Part shown: in pieces, positions 37,873-52,142 of the stretch
Position numbering within the stretch: the stretch's first letter is position 1
Layout: each line of letters begins with the position of its first letter
Assembly (NCBI GenBank): GCA_017499595.2
Contig: CM039006.1
Location: forward strand, 992,001-1,056,000
DNA: 64,000 bases
Source of the DNA: Psilocybe cubensis
Taxonomy: Eukaryota
Direction: 5' to 3'
Made by a program: the position numbers and the translations under genes
Notes under the pieces: model-generated
What the model saw: the letters and a program-made list of their open reading frames with translations, nothing else
Database searches by the model: none
What the model was told of the DNA's origin: nothing

Positions 37873-40042
37873 TCACAACACTCTTTTCCTAAACAGCAGT
37901 TTGGCTGTTTTATTAGGTGAACATTGACCCTGGAGCCATTGCTCCTTAGGACGCTCCGATTCCGAGAGTTTCACGTCGTAGTTCTGTAGCACAAACGCAA
38001 GCATAGCTTTCAGCTCGTTAACAGCAAAGAACCGTCCCGGGCTGAGTAAGAAATGAAGTAAATGTACTTGGAAAAAGAAAGGCATATAGAAATTACTGAC
38101 CATGCATGACGCCCAGTTCCAAATAAAACATAGTCTGGACTTAGATAGACCATTTGATGCTTGACCCCTTCCCCTTCTGCCTCCCTGATATGAGCGAATC
38201 TAAAACCATTGAACTTGTCAGGATCTTCATAGTTTCCCTGAGAAGAATGCATAAGTATAGAAGTCGTTATATTCAAAATATATTGGAGCGGACCTCATCA
38301 AGGTGCGTTGGACGTGTGGCAACAACTATATGAGTATCGGCCGGTACAGTCAGACCATTTGAAAATGTGAAGTCCTTCAGAGTCTTTCGCCTTATTGATT
38401 CTGGAAGAGAACTCATTCAGAAAAGAGGTGTAAACGCTTTACGATCTCGAAGAGTACTTACGTGACCCAATTGCAAGTCTCTGCGACTCTTTCACAAAGC
38501 TATCGAGCTTTCTCATTTTTCCCATGGATGACTTGGTCCAGCCCTCTGACTCGATAATTCTCTCAACTTCCTCCCTCATAGGTTCCACGTATTCAGGGTA
38601 CGTAGCAAGATCATAGAGAATGTTTGTCAATGCCTAGTTGATATAATCTCGGACACGAATTCATGTTACCACAGATGATTTGACTCACCATGGAAGTGGT
38701 ATGAATTGACGCAAAGTTTATGGTCAACAAGCGAAGAGCAATGTCCTGTACAGTCCTTTGCTCCCCTTTTGCCTCTTCGAGAAGCCAGCTAATCAGATTA
38801 TTCTTCGTCTACGTTTCAATTTGCCTGTCACTGATGAAGTACGCCATGCGCGCTTACCGGCGCTTCAGAATTACCCTCCGTAGATTTTTCCTGATCCAGT
38901 TGGGCTTGTACCAATGGACCTGTGTGGTGTACCATGCGCTTGATGTTGCTAGGCACCCTGGTCAAAAATCTTCCTATAATGCTGCAAAGCTGATTAACTT
39001 ATGGAAATGCTGAGAGGCATATGGGACATACGGCTTCAGCATCATGGGAAACAGATTGAGTATTTGCCCTCCCAGTATAACATGCATTGTGAATTGCTCG
39101 GTCAACTCTTTGAAGTCAGGATCCCGACCTGCGTAGCCACAATTAGAAAATTTAACTTCCCTGAAAAAACAACGAATCATTCATTTGCCATACACAAGGG
39201 TAACCCGACGAATAGGCGATTGCTAGTCCTACAAACCACTTTCACAACAGTTCTATAGGCAGGAACTTCCGTCCATTCTAGCGTACAATTCTCAGTACCG
39301 TTTAGCTTACGCCAGGTTACTGGCTGTGACGGAAAGCGCACCATGATCTGCAGTTGAAATAAGGTCCTTGAAGGCAGCAAAAATTTCATCTTTAATATCA
39401 TCAAATCGTACCCCCAGGTTCCTCGTAAGCTGCATTCTGACGGAGTTTACATGGTAAGGATCTCGACGTATTTGGGGGCCTATCATGTAATCCGTTTGCA
39501 CAACCTGGAAGGCGTTAATATAAATATAGGACGCCGCTTTCACTTGGACAACTATATTGGGGGAAAAAACTCACTTCCGCAATAGCCTCGCGAAACGACA
39601 GCTGATCATCGGTTGCTCGTCGAATGTCGTCCAGCATTTGTGGGCCCGATACAACGACTATCCACCGTGACATTGTGGAAACCTTGAACGCCGATCCGTA
39701 ATGCTTCAAATGCGGTGACAAGTAAGGGCTGGCCTCTATAATCTCACTCATGAAGATACACAGGAAACACATACATGAAGGTACCCTTCTTGAATCATTT
39801 CGTGTCCTCGAGAGATAAATTTGAAGGCATCGATGTAAGATGTTAACACCCCAGAATGGCCCAGTGAAGGTATGTGCCTCAGCTTCAAAATGCCCAAATG
39901 ACTGGGTTAGAAAATATTGGTACGTCGAGGGCCGCTTTCGCACCTTGTACGTCGGTGAAGAAAGCCACTTGACTAACAGAATGACAAGAAAGAGGCCCAA
40001 AGCTATCTCTGGGCTTTGAAGGACACCAAAAGACATGGTCAT
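37873..40042 (-). CDS. Cytochrome P450 (CYP512-like) copy 3
   Basis: MTMSFGVLQSPE.., NFASIHTTS, ESQR, FGTGRHACPGRFFAVNELK; same intron positions as copies 1 and 2. Confidence 0.93.
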
Positions 40043-40405
40043 CTACGCAAGGTGTCTTCCAGAAAAATAAGGTCGTTGAGTCGTCAGAGATGGATGGTGA
40101 GTTCACCAGTCGTAGCTTCCAATAGAGCAGCGTATGCGTAAACTGAATGGTAGAACTAAACGAAGAAGCATTCATTCCCGTGAGAGATGCGGCAATGTAC
40201 TTCAAGTGGGCCAAATATAACAACGCCCCTATCTTACCATCCGGGCCTTTGCGTCGCAAACTCGACGCCGTCGGACGCCTGATTTATACTTGGAGCTAAT
40301 AGCGACATCATGATAAAATTGTGCATAAAATATACCAATAATTTCAAAGTTGGAAACGATTCCTACATGCATTACTCTACAAACCGTTCAAAATAAACCT
40401 CAGCA

Positions 40406-41511
40406 TCAGTCAAGTTTCCAGGGTATCTCAGGCGCAGGCTTGAGATCAAGCAACCTGTTCAGATACAGAAGCCTCAAGTTTAGACTTTTGATATGCCTTC
40501 TTTTCAATTTAATCTGGTCCCGCAGGGTATCCAACTCCTAGTATGAATATATATCATTTTATCACAGATTATACCACCAAAATGAGCACGACAAAATCCG
40601 ACACAAGTTCTCGAGAGATTTGGCGACTCACCTCCAGTACTTGCAACGCCCGTGCTTTCTCGTAGTCGCGGATGAAGCATAAGATATAATACGTCAACGG
40701 GGCAGGTGGCGTCGACGTATCGCACTGCATAGAAGTACTCCTGTTATACTGCGCCCAAGGCCGCTTTATAGCTGTGAACAATTGCAAAAGACACTCGGAG
40801 AGCGGCATCCTATTGCTAAGAGTGCAATACGAAGAGACCTGGTCCTCACCCGGCAAAGAGAGATACCCCCACGTAAACGCGCCGAGACTCCGAGTAAAAT
40901 CCAGCAATCGCGGGGCACGCGTGAGAGTCGCGTCCCGGCTGAGCCCCTGTCTGTGATAGCGCCCACAGCTAGCCAATTCTGCGCGGCGGAGCATCGCTCC
41001 GTCATCAGAGAAGCAGCCACATTGTCTCGTATAGTACCGTTGGAGAGTCACGCCCCGCACCACAGCAGCGATGTAGCATAGTTCGCTGGGCGGGTGCATC
41101 GTTGTCATCGGGGACCCGAAGGTCAGGGGCCGAGAGAGCACACTCAGAGATTGCTCACAGTTGCTGCCTCGCCGTGATCCACGCGTATCCATGTCCCCGA
41201 GGAAGATCCAATCATTATCGAGACATAAAGGCAACAATTCATGTTCAGCGATGCGACTCAATCCATGAAATCTCCGCGCCACGTCCGCCGCGTCTGTGTT
41301 GGAAGCTAGTATCCTGGGCGCTGGTACTTGATAAGGATGCCGACAGTTCTGCGCAGAGTAAAACCTAACCACAAAAAAAAGAATTCAATCCACCAGTACA
41401 TCTATCAGTCACCCGTCAACTCACATCATGGTAAGATAGTATCTTGAAAAGATATCTGCCAACAACGCGGTACAAAATGATAGGAGGAACGAGTCAAGGA
41501 CTTGATTTCAT
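40406..41511 (-). CDS. Hypothetical protein, family not recognised
   Basis: 267-codon ORF; TATAAAAG just upstream of the ATG at 41511; splice sites lead to a last exon ELDTLRDQIKLKRRHIKSLNLRLLYLNRLLDLKPAPEIPWKLD-TGA. Confidence 0.4.
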
Positions 41512-42079
41512 CTGTGGTATGCTTTTATAGGAGAGACTTCGGAGGCCCTGGGGCCTAAAGCTTAAATCCTAAGGCCTGAGGCCAGAGGAATCATCATGTG
41601 CAGCGCCAGGCCACTTGAAGCATGTATTCTGAATCTCATCACCGCCCGAACCCCCTGTCTTTCCAATCCACCGTCCTCGTGGCACTATGACTCGAACTAT
41701 CATCAGAATTACCTTCAAGCTGCCAGTGATATCTCATGCTAAACCTATTTATGCCACAAGATATTTGCGATTGCCAGAATGCTGGTAGCACTTTGTCCAG
41801 TGTACATTGCATGGAGCAAAGAGTGCAATTTCCATTAAGCGCCCGTGTACATCATCTCAACAGATCCTTTGCGGAACTGTCATCATGTCAAGAAGGGGCA
41901 AGCGAGGATAAGCCGCGATCAATATCATATAATAGTCCACAGATTCATCATAATACACTAATGTTACAATTATATAAATCGCGCCTTGTGCTAAAATGTC
42001 CATCGCAAAAGTCCAAGGCAGCTAACAGGTACTTTGCATAATTTTGCGGCAGCAACCAGCAGCCCACAATTTTTCAACC

Positions 42080-44482
42080 TCACCTACTCATACCCCCCAA
42101 CAACAAAGTCCTCCAAAACCCCCTCCTATGCCCAAACGGATCCTCCTCCCCTACAAACTGCAAATACACCTTCCCATCCCCAACCACCACATCCACCTTG
42201 TCCCCCAACCACTCCGCATTTTCATCATCCTCTTCCTCCTCATTGTCCACCTCACCATCCCCCTCCTCCTCCCCTTCCTCCCCCTGATCATCAGTGCCAG
42301 AAGGCACAAGGTTAGCGTACCCTGCTGCATCGTTATCGCCCGGGTCTGCATCAACTACACGCCGGTAGGATATCGCACTCTGATCTCCTACTACAACTCC
42401 TCCACCAGACATCACAACACCCTCTCCCTCCCCACCAACATAAAACCCCCGCATCCCCGCGCTCTCCGCTAGTACCACAGCAGCTGCGCTCACTCCCCTC
42501 GACACCCGCACATGCTCATCGATGTTGCCCGCCGCAACATGCACCGTCAGCGGCCCACGGAAGGAGGTGGGGAGGTGCAGTGTCAAGTTTGAGCGCGCGA
42601 GAGTGGGCAGTTTGCGGAGGACCGTAGTGGGTTTGGTCGGTGCTGGCACGGGCACGGATGGTGTATTGGTGGGAGTAGACGACGCGAGGGGAGGCGACAG
42701 CGACGCTGACAGCCGGGCTTCCTGTACGAGTTTATCACTGTTAATGTTGCCAACATCCAACGCAGGAACCGAATCCACATCCGCGTCGTCGTCTGGTGTG
42801 ATATTGATAGTCGATGCAAAGAGGTGAAATGGCGGGCGCGGTATCGGTGCGTGCTAAACCTACATTAACTTCAAAGAACCTATTAAAAAAACACAACGTA
42901 CGATACGCGCAATCAAAGGAAACTCCTTTGACCTGCTCCGTCTCGATCCCGACACATCCTTGAGCCTTAGATCGATGAGCGTCGGAGGTGGGAGGTCATT
43001 CACCTCACCCTCAACGAGGGTCCGCCGAGTGCTCGACCGCGGCCGTCTCACAAACCCAGACCCCTCCTGCACATGCGCACGCGCATCAACCGACCTCCGA
43101 CGCGAAAATCCATCCGTACTCGCAGCCATCTCAGGCACGAGATGCACGTCCACATCAATCCCCCCATTTTCCACCTCCAGCACCAGGTTCTTCCGCCGGA
43201 CCCCCGGCTTCGGCCCGTTGTCTGCAACATCAGTAGTGTTGCTACTGCTTTGTGGATGCGTTTTATTGGACGATACCGGCTTTCTCAATGACGCAGACAT
43301 GGCGTCACTCTTCACCCCTTTACCACCTGCTGCCGCTGTCGACAGTGCCCGCGCCAGCGCCCTCGGCTCGACGGCTTTGAGCAACGCTACGGGCACGCGC
43401 AACCCTGGATCAATGGTAAAAGTGCCCGTAATCGACGAGTGCGTAGGCTTCCGTCCAAACGCAAAAAATGAGCCTTTCGACGCCGTGCTCTTACGTGAAA
43501 GCGACACATAGTTCGTCGCGCGTTGATTTGTTGGGAGGTATGCGGTTGAGGCAGAAGCGGATGCGGGGAGGTGGCTTGTGGACAGCGCACTGTACGCACG
43601 ACGATGCGCGTGTGGGGTCGCACGGCCACTACGATGATTGGCCGGGGAAGGTGAGGCGTAGGGATCGTCTTGGAGAAAGGTAATTGTGCTATTCGCGAGG
43701 GGCGTGTGCACGGGCGGGGTATTGTTGTTACTATTGTTGGGGTCGTTTTCGCTAGCGAGAATGTCGTCCGGGTCGAGGTGGAGCTCGTACCCGGCCTTGA
43801 GTGAGCGCTGAGTGAGGTGTCCAATCGCAGCGGGCTGCGACATGTGCCGGTGGTGATACAGAATGGGCCGTGGCGATGGAGAAGAGACATCGGAGGCACG
43901 GCCGCGCTGAGTTGCGTATGGGGTGGAGGGCGTCGAGGAGCGTCGCGTGGTTCGTCGCTGATTTTCGAAAGGGTACGGGCTAGATGATGACTCGGAGGCG
44001 GGAAAGGGGCTGGATGTGGTGGGTGCAATGGAGTGAGCATGGTCTAGATGCGAGTCGGCGGTGGCGGGTGGCGGTGGGTTGTCGAATGTGCATTGACTGT
44101 GAGTATGTGTGTACCCGTGGGTGCAGCTGTGCGTTTGGATAGAGGGAGTTACGACAGGCCCTGCACCGGGATCGTCATCCATGCGATGCATATCAGCGAA
44201 GAGGTCCTCTGTGGAATACGGAGACGGCAAAATTTCCTGATTGGAAATCTCCGGGCACGAGTGCATGGATACACTGTCGTTGTCTTCTGACGGCGCGATG
44301 CTGGGAGGGGCTTCATCGCTCGCAGCAACAGAAGAGCCAGGCCCGCGCTGGGAGGTGTAACACGGGGGTGCGACGCTCGACGACAGGCTCTCGAGACCAC
44401 CAGAGTCCCGCCGATCGCGGTCGTGATTCGTGACACGCATAGCGTTGCTCCTACGAATGACTCTGCGCCGGATTGTGGGCAT
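42080..44482 (-). CDS. Conserved agaric hypothetical protein (possibly DUF7330-like) with long disordered N-terminus
   Basis: NYVSLSR..SITGTFTIDP..KNLVLEVENGGIDVDVHL..NLTLHLPTSFRGPLTV..WLGDKVDVVVGDGKVYLQF; one intron at ~42857-42898. Confidence 0.7.
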
Positions 44483-45756
44483 GGAGGTAGGGTTGAGAGA
44501 CAGGGATGAAGTGAACCATCCACGTTGGTGGCGAGTCAAAGCTAGAAGGTGTTGTGTTCATATCGGCTACAATGAAGCTACGGCATTCTGGAACTGGAAG
44601 GTGAACAAAAGGTACGCACGGCACGCTGACGCCGCAAGGTCTTCGAAGAAGATATTTGGGGCCTCTTCGGAGGTGTCAATCGGCGAGAACCCGACCATAC
44701 ATTAGATATGGCAGATTAAGTGAATGTCGTGTCATGATTCAGGTGCGTCTTTTTGGTGTATTCTGAGCGTAGCGATATGTGGGCGTCATCGGGTTGGTCG
44801 AACTTTGAAGGAGAGAACGAAAAGCAGTCGCAGATTTGGGTGAAAACCGTGAACGAACAAGGCCGAGTTTTATGAAGCATTCTCTCCGCCATAAAACCAC
44901 CGCTTTGCTTGGTTCACTGCTCCTCCCCATCTTTTCGGATTCTCTGAAGTAGAAACTTGAAATGTTTTCACAGTCGAGATCTTTCGGTTGTGGTCTGCGA
45001 TTTTGAGCCTTATATGCCATTATAGACCATCAGTGCGAATACATTTGGAAAGTTGTTCTTCCAGGGACAACGGAAAACACAGAAAGACGCTCACGCCGAT
45101 TCACAGGACGGAGATTGTAGAGAAACATGATGGGAGAGAGGAAGAAAGAGACAAGTTTCTCCAGACGCGGACGGTGTGTGTCCGTGTCAATACAACCAAA
45201 CAACCTGGTATCTTGAAATGTATGCGCGTTAAGGTTGGATCAAGGGTCTGTCCAGGGTCTGTCTATGTCGAAATGCAACGCGACGAGTTCAACGGGTTTC
45301 CAACCCAGTGGGCGGCGGCTACAGGAATAGAACGGGTTTAAGTTTCTTCAGTCCGGGGGATGTTAATTGTATGCGGGGCACAGCTACAACTACTGTGCAC
45401 ACAAAATTAACAGTGGTGAGCATCACGGGGCTTGACAGACCACTGGCAAAAGTTGAAGCTTCAAGTCCAATTAAAAGGTCGGTGAGCACCATTCCGGACA
45501 AAGATATGCGCATATATGAAGTATGAAGCCAATGAATTCTGAATAATTATATTTTAGCTGGTATGAGATGCATATCGTGCTTTGCTGTTCTACATTAAGT
45601 AGCCCCAAAATGGCGTACACAGTTAGGTCGCAGTTGCGATTCCAAGAAGGTTCGGAAAAATAAGCGAGCGCCAAAAGTGGATGCATATTACATAATCCTC
45701 GCGGCCAAGTTGGTTGGTGAATGGAAAGAACGAGTTAAACGACGACGACGACGACG

Positions 45757-47976
45757 ATGGCAGCAGTAATTCAACGCCCTTTGCGAGGCTCGCGCGTCGC
45801 CACTTTCTATCCCGTAAAAACACTGCCCTCGCTCGCATCCCTCGACAGCGCCTTCCAGCTCCAGGAGTACATCTCCCTCCTCATCCGCCTTGACGTGCAC
45901 GACGTGGACGCCATCGTCTCATTCCCCGGCACCCTGCACAAAGACAAAGACTCGCCGAGCGACAAGGACACAGAATCCAAGAATGAAGTTACAGTTGACG
46001 AGGGCTGCTGGATATACGAGCAACTGAGGTGCGTCGCCTTGCGTGTCTTTTTCGCGCATTTTAATCAAATTCCACCAGACGGCTTGCACAGGACCTGTCA
46101 CACCCACTCATCACGACGCTGCAGCAAGAATGCACGCGTGCGTCGTGTCCAGAGATGAAGGCCGGCGAATGGCTGTATCTGTGCGTCGCCCACGGAAACG
46201 ACGGCGCCATGGAGGTCAGCACATCTCATTCACTCATTTAGAGGTCTACATATACTGACATATTTTCAGCAATGCTGCGCAATCGACTACATACTACACA
46301 CCGTAGACAGTGCTACCGCCCTGCTTAACTCTCCCCGTACATTCCCTTCAAGACTGTCCATCCCCCAGACCTCGCACCGCCACTTTTCCTCCCTCGCCCG
46401 CCGCCTTGGCCGCATCTTCGCCCATGCCTACTTCCACCACCGCGAGGCCTTCGAGCAGGCCGAGGCCGAATCATCACTGTACGCCCGGTTCCTCGCCCTC
46501 ACCGCCAAATTCGACCTCGTCCCAGCCGAGTTCCTCGTCATTCCCCCAAGTCACTTTGCCCACGAGGACACCCGCGAGCGAGAGCGAGAGCATGCAGGGT
46601 ATGAGTACGGGGACCAAGGGAGGGGATACCAGCAGCAACAAAGGGAACGAGAGAGGGAACAAATCCAACCGCCAAATAAATTCACCCAGCAGGAACAGCT
46701 GGGCGTGGGCGGACCCACACACGCACAACCCCCCGCACCTAGCACGAACGACTCCAACACCACCTCACCCAGCCCGAATGGCGGTATAGGCGAGAGCCCC
46801 AGCTCAGCCGCAGCGTCGCGCTCGCGCTTCGGGAGGAACCGCACAGACACAATGGTCTTCGCCGATGCAGAGGCAAGCGCCATTGCCGAGGAGCTCGCTG
46901 CAAAGGCGCGTGCGGGGCTGCTCGAGCCAGACTATGTAGATGTAGAAACTAAGACCGCGTCTTCGGGACCTGAACATGAGTCGGAAGCGGGACAGCAGGA
47001 AGGGGAGGACGCGGATGATGCGGATTTGGACGGCGACACGCAATTTGAGATCTCGCTCAGTCCAGAGGAGGAGATTGGTCCGGGCGCAGGTGGCTTTGCG
47101 GAGACGGATATCGGGGACCTGCCGATTCACATCGAGAAAAACCAGGCTCCTAGCCCGGATGTCCCTGAACCTGTCGTTGAGCCTGAACCTGAGCCTGAAA
47201 CGCAGGAGGCGCCGTCGAATGACGTCGACGAGAAGAAGCCAGTTGAAGAGGAGGGCGGTGCAGTTCCTGTTGTTGAGGAAGCCAAAACGTCGAAGGTCGA
47301 CGAGCACGTTCCCTCTGAAGCCGTCGAAGAGATTTCCGAGGCTGAACCGGAACGCGCTACCTCACCCTCTGCTCCACCGCCTTCAGAAGACACTCCGGCG
47401 CCGGCGTCACCAACAGCGCTCGCAGCCGCAGCCGACGAGCTGCACGAAATTGTTCACGAAGTCAAAGAGGAGGCTACGTCGAGCACTGACGCGTCTTCAT
47501 CCGAACACCCTGCCACTGTCGAATCTGAAAGTACTAATGCTGGGTCGGGGAAAGAGGCGGAGACAGAGACTCCGGAAACTGCACCGGCGGATGCTGGTGA
47601 GTCTGCTTCTGAAGTAGCGCCACCGTCGCAGAATACAGAGCCTGAAACGCCTGCACCTGCACCTGCACACGCTGACGAGGCGGAGGGCGCGGAACCCTCA
47701 AAACTAAAAACGGCGGAACCGGAACACGAAAGCGGAACGTCTGAACACGCCACTGACCAGACTGGCCAGCAAGAGCAAGAGCACGAGCACGAGCACGAGC
47801 CCAAATCTTACGCTGAAGCAGCGTCCAAACCCGAGTCGGACAAAGAGGAAAGTCAACACGCTGTCAGCGATACCACAAGCGAATCGACAGCGAAGGGTTC
47901 AGAGGCGCCAACTAATACTACTACTGGTACTGAGGCCTTGGAGGTCAAGGACGATATCGCATCTCAGGCGCCTTAG
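45757..47976 (+). CDS. MOB4: Mob1/phocein family protein (MOB4/phocein; fungal MOB3, STRIPAK subunit) with long acidic tail
   Basis: WIYEQLRRLAQDL..ECTRASCPEMKAGEWLYLCVAH..CCAIDYILHTVD..FPSRLSI..RRLGRIFAHAYFHHRE. Confidence 0.93.
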
Positions 47977-49447
47977 ACGCGTCGAGTAACGCATACATTT
48001 ACATATATACACATAGGCGCAGCAGCAGCTGCTGATTCTGTTATATCATACTCCTCTCATGCTTAGGAGACAGCCAAGTTGATAGATTGTCGTCCCTTTC
48101 TTTCTTCCATTTCTCCCATCCTCCCATCCTTCTTACCTTCGAGCTTCGTCGATCATCCTTACATCGTTGTCGTTGTTCTTCTTTTTTTTTCTGCAAAAAT
48201 TATGTCGTGTTGTTGGCTGTAATCTGTAAACTACTATTCGGGTCTTTTTTTTGCTTTCCTTTATTTTGATATTTTCTTTTTTTTTTTTTTTTGCTTTTTT
48301 GGAACTTGGATTTCACCATTTTTGCAGTTTGGGAACCTTGCGAGAGGCGAGGAATTTTTTTTTGGAGCTTGGCTGTTTGTTGCGTATGAGTGTTAATATG
48401 AGTTTCCTGCGCGTATGTGATATTAGGCGCGGTATTATGTTCGCCATATAGTTTCTTGCTTTGGAGACCGATGTCGAGAAGGGAACCGCGGGAGGCTTCA
48501 GGACGCGTCGTGCGGTCCCACGTGCCAGGTTTTTTTGGCTTCGATTTTGATTTTTGCTGCGTCAGTTGCCCTTGCCCTTGACAATGACCATCGCCTCCAT
48601 GTACCATTTATCAAGATTTATCATCATTTCCGACGCCTCGGGCGCGTAGAAGAACAGCATTTCTCATTTGTTCAACGCCGAACACTTCAAGACAACCTTC
48701 AAGCGTCGATGCACAGCTCAACATTCACAGGCTATCATGTCATACCACTTGTCCTGTCGTTCTCTGTGTCAAGCTTTCAATATTGTGGGAGGAACGAGGT
48801 CAGCATCTACAAGCCATGATTCCCATTGAACGCAATTTCCGCCCTCCTACTACTCTGTGGATATAGCCCGTATTTTTGATTTCCCACTCCAAAGAATATC
48901 AATTCTAGGTTTGAGAGAACTTTACTAGTGATCCTCCTGCCAGACTCCAGCGCGAGGATCGTGACCTGCAGAACCACTACAACAGTTGCTAGGCTCGCCG
49001 TTTGATCTGCCATATATGTGCTTTTCTGACTGCACCATTACAGCTGGTGACATGACATCGCTCTCTGTTCAGACTCTTTGATCCACGCCCAAAGTGCTTT
49101 AGTGTATCTCCAGCTCTGGCCATCTCGTCGAGAGGCTGGAGGTTTTGAGGATCAATGCAAAGCAGCGACGTTTTGACACGAGAATGGGCGGTCCTATTCA
49201 TCAATCTTTTTTTTGAGTGGATTTGAAGTTTGAATGTGTGGTTCTTGCTATCTTTTCCTGCCTGCTTTGCTTTCTGTCTGTTCGTTCTCTCGTTGTGTTC
49301 GTTCTTTCCTTTTCGACATTCTTTTTCTTCGTTCCCTTGGAGGTTACGTGTTTGCTTCTTTAGTTCCTTTTCCGAGCACCTGCTCTTTTTTTCTATCTAT
49401 CTTTTGTTACATTTAGTTGCAAGAAGTCGACATTTCTCATTTTTTTC

Positions 49448-51204
49448 ATGGCGTCTTCAACTGGTAAGCAACTAGAACTAGTTCCGCCTTCAAACATAAC
49501 CCATCTCAACTTTTCAATTTTCGCATTCGCAGACACCACACCCTTTGTCACCGCCTTCCTCGTTCTCCAACTCTCGGGCGCAGGCATTTTCGCGCTCGTC
49601 GTATTCTCTGCTCTGATCTTCCGCACCGCGGCAAAGCGGCATCCGATTTGGTTCAGTTTCTGTATTTCGTGGATCGTGTTTGGAGTTTCGTATGCGCTGC
49701 TGCTAGTTGCGGGTCAGCAGTTCAGACGGCCCGCGCCGGAGAGGGCGTTATGTACAGTGCAGGCGGCATCGGTGTACGCTGCACCGTTTCTGTGAGCGCT
49801 TTTTTTTTATTTTGTCGGTTGTAAAAGCTTGAGCGGTTGTCCCATAGAGTGATGGGCTCTACTCTGGGACTGGTCGTACATGTATGTATCAAACTTTCTT
49901 CGCGGGTATTTATTTATTTATATTTTATGACGATCATTGACGCCGTATAGTTATTGCTGAATGTGCTGACGGCCCTCTCTCGATCGCCCAAGAAAAAAGA
50001 ACATTTGAACATCATGCGGGCGGTAATTCCATTATCCATCTCTGTGAGAAGAGAACATAGCTGATGTTCCGTCAATGGCTTAGCTTGTTGTCCTGCCGTG
50101 GATGATCTGGGTGGCCGTTCTTGTGGGAGTCCTCGTAGTGAGTACATCTTCTAATATACCCTAATAAATCATACTCATCCAGTCGTGGGTTGTGGTTGTG
50201 ATTCTAGTATGGATTCTCGCATGATGGACAGATTTCAATGTCGCGGAATGGGACTTACTGCGTGATCAACGAATCTTCAATGTCAGTTAAGTTTTGTTTT
50301 CCCTTTGTTTAGCTCTTTGTATGTTTTTTTTTGGTTCTTCATCCCCATCTATACACTGAACAGTCCGCTGACAATGTGTGCATTCTTTACCAGCCCAAAG
50401 GTGACCTCCGTTTCAGCCACCATTGCGAGCTCAACTATAATTGGAGTAGAAGGTTAGTACGCATATCCCTCTACCTCGCGTCCTCCCGCGCACTCTGCGT
50501 TCTGTAGCAACCAACAGAGTTTTGATTTGTTCGCAGTTGCTATCGGGGTCCATTTATATCAGAACAGAGGGATCTGCAATATTTTTAGTCAGGCGATGGC
50601 AATGGCTCTTCGAATTTTGATATTCACTATCTTGGGATGTGGAGCGTTAGGGTTAGTTAGTCCTTCCAAATTCTTGACTTTACAGTATTTTTGATGCCAG
50701 CTTGATCGATGACACCCCTTTCCATAGTGTTGGGCTGGTGTTTGCAGTCACTAGCACTCGCGGCGTGCAGTTTGATCTTGCCCTTGCGATATGTACGTTA
50801 TTTCTGATTTCCCCCTTAGCCTCGCCTGATGCAATTCCACTGACACCCGGGCTCTTGAAGTACCCCCTGCTGCCGCCCTAACCTTTGGCACCCAGCTCGT
50901 AAGCGCGCATCGCCTTTTTTAATTTTGTCGAGCAGCATTAACTAACGTACGTATTTAATGTTCTTTTGCATCATTCTCGTAGGACCTGTTGAGAGGGTGG
51001 CTATTTTGGAGGAAGCCCGTCCCAGTGATACCGGATCAAATGTCGTTCACGCTGACCACTGTGAATTCCATATCGTCACAGTCCACGCAATCGATAAGGA
51101 GGGTATCTACGGCGTCGAGGGTGCCACCTACAGGTTTTTCCCATGAACCTTCAATGCATCAAGTCAACGGACCGCCTGATCTATCCTCGTTTCTGCATTT
51201 CTGA
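49448..51204 (+). CDS. Multi-exon 7TM GPCR-like membrane protein, paralogue 1
   Basis: RHPIWFSFCISWIVFGVSYALLLVAGQQ..LCTVQAASVYAAP, NGTYC, FGTQ.DLLRGWLFWRK. Confidence 0.7.
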
Positions 51205-52142
51205 TGTATTGTCTAGAATGATAAGCAGATTTATGATTTTATCCTTGAACATGGACTTAGTACGGATTATTACTCCGTAAAAAGCAACCTTTTTGTATAT
51301 GTTGTATACACCCAGTTGGAACCGTGCCCGCATTCCTCCTGCTCGCCGATCATCTCACTTGTGAGCAGGATCATATCTCTATGAGTATGAAAGTATACAT
51401 GTTGACAATTGTGCTGTCGCGTTTGCGCAGCTTTAACAGCAGCTTCTGAGTCGACATATCAAAATAGCACCGCCCCTCCGGTCTTAAGTTACTTACGCTG
51501 GGTAAATGCTGTTGATCCCGTATGTTGATTGGCCGGATTAGTAGTCCCTGGCACACAGCTAAAGAAGCAGAATATTTGATCAACCAATCTGTTTGTTGTC
51601 ATCACGGTTACCTGTATGTTTTATTTTTCTTTCCGCTTGAGAAAACCTATGCCATTTCTTTCGTGCTTCGAGGTCACCTGGAGGCCTCGCGTTGTGGACG
51701 GACCAGCTCTTCGTCTCCTCTTGTACGTTATCGGAGCGGAGTGTTACAGTGTTCGCTTCCCCATTTCGAAGGTGTAGGACCATCAATTAGCGACGATGGC
51801 CGTTAAGGTCGAACAACCCGGGCGAACTGCGATGGCATTGTTATGATCTTGACGTCTAAGCCTTGTACGGAAGGCAAAGATGGTTCCGTGTGTCCCCACT
51901 GGAAATCTAGGTTGATTGCATCCGTAAGATATCATCAATCCTTAAAAAACACCTCAAATGGTCGGCATCATTGACGAGTCCGACCGACTGCGTCCTCTTT
52001 TCCCTCCACCTTTTCGTTCTCTTTCCTTCCATCTCTTGATTCTTGATTCTCGACCACTTCAAAAGGCTGGATCCCATATAGTGGCATTTTTACCTCCAGT
52101 CAGATTATCCTCGCAGTCAGTTGTAAACCACCGCCATCGGCA

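Noticed and set aside
11669-40042. Psilocybin or other complete biosynthetic cluster
   Set aside because: No PsiD/PsiK/PsiM-like gene, terpene cyclase, PKS or NRPS is seen, and the P450s are CYP512-like.
42034-47804. Many antisense and alternative-frame ORFs
   Set aside because: Shadow ORFs of GC-rich low-complexity coding sequence.
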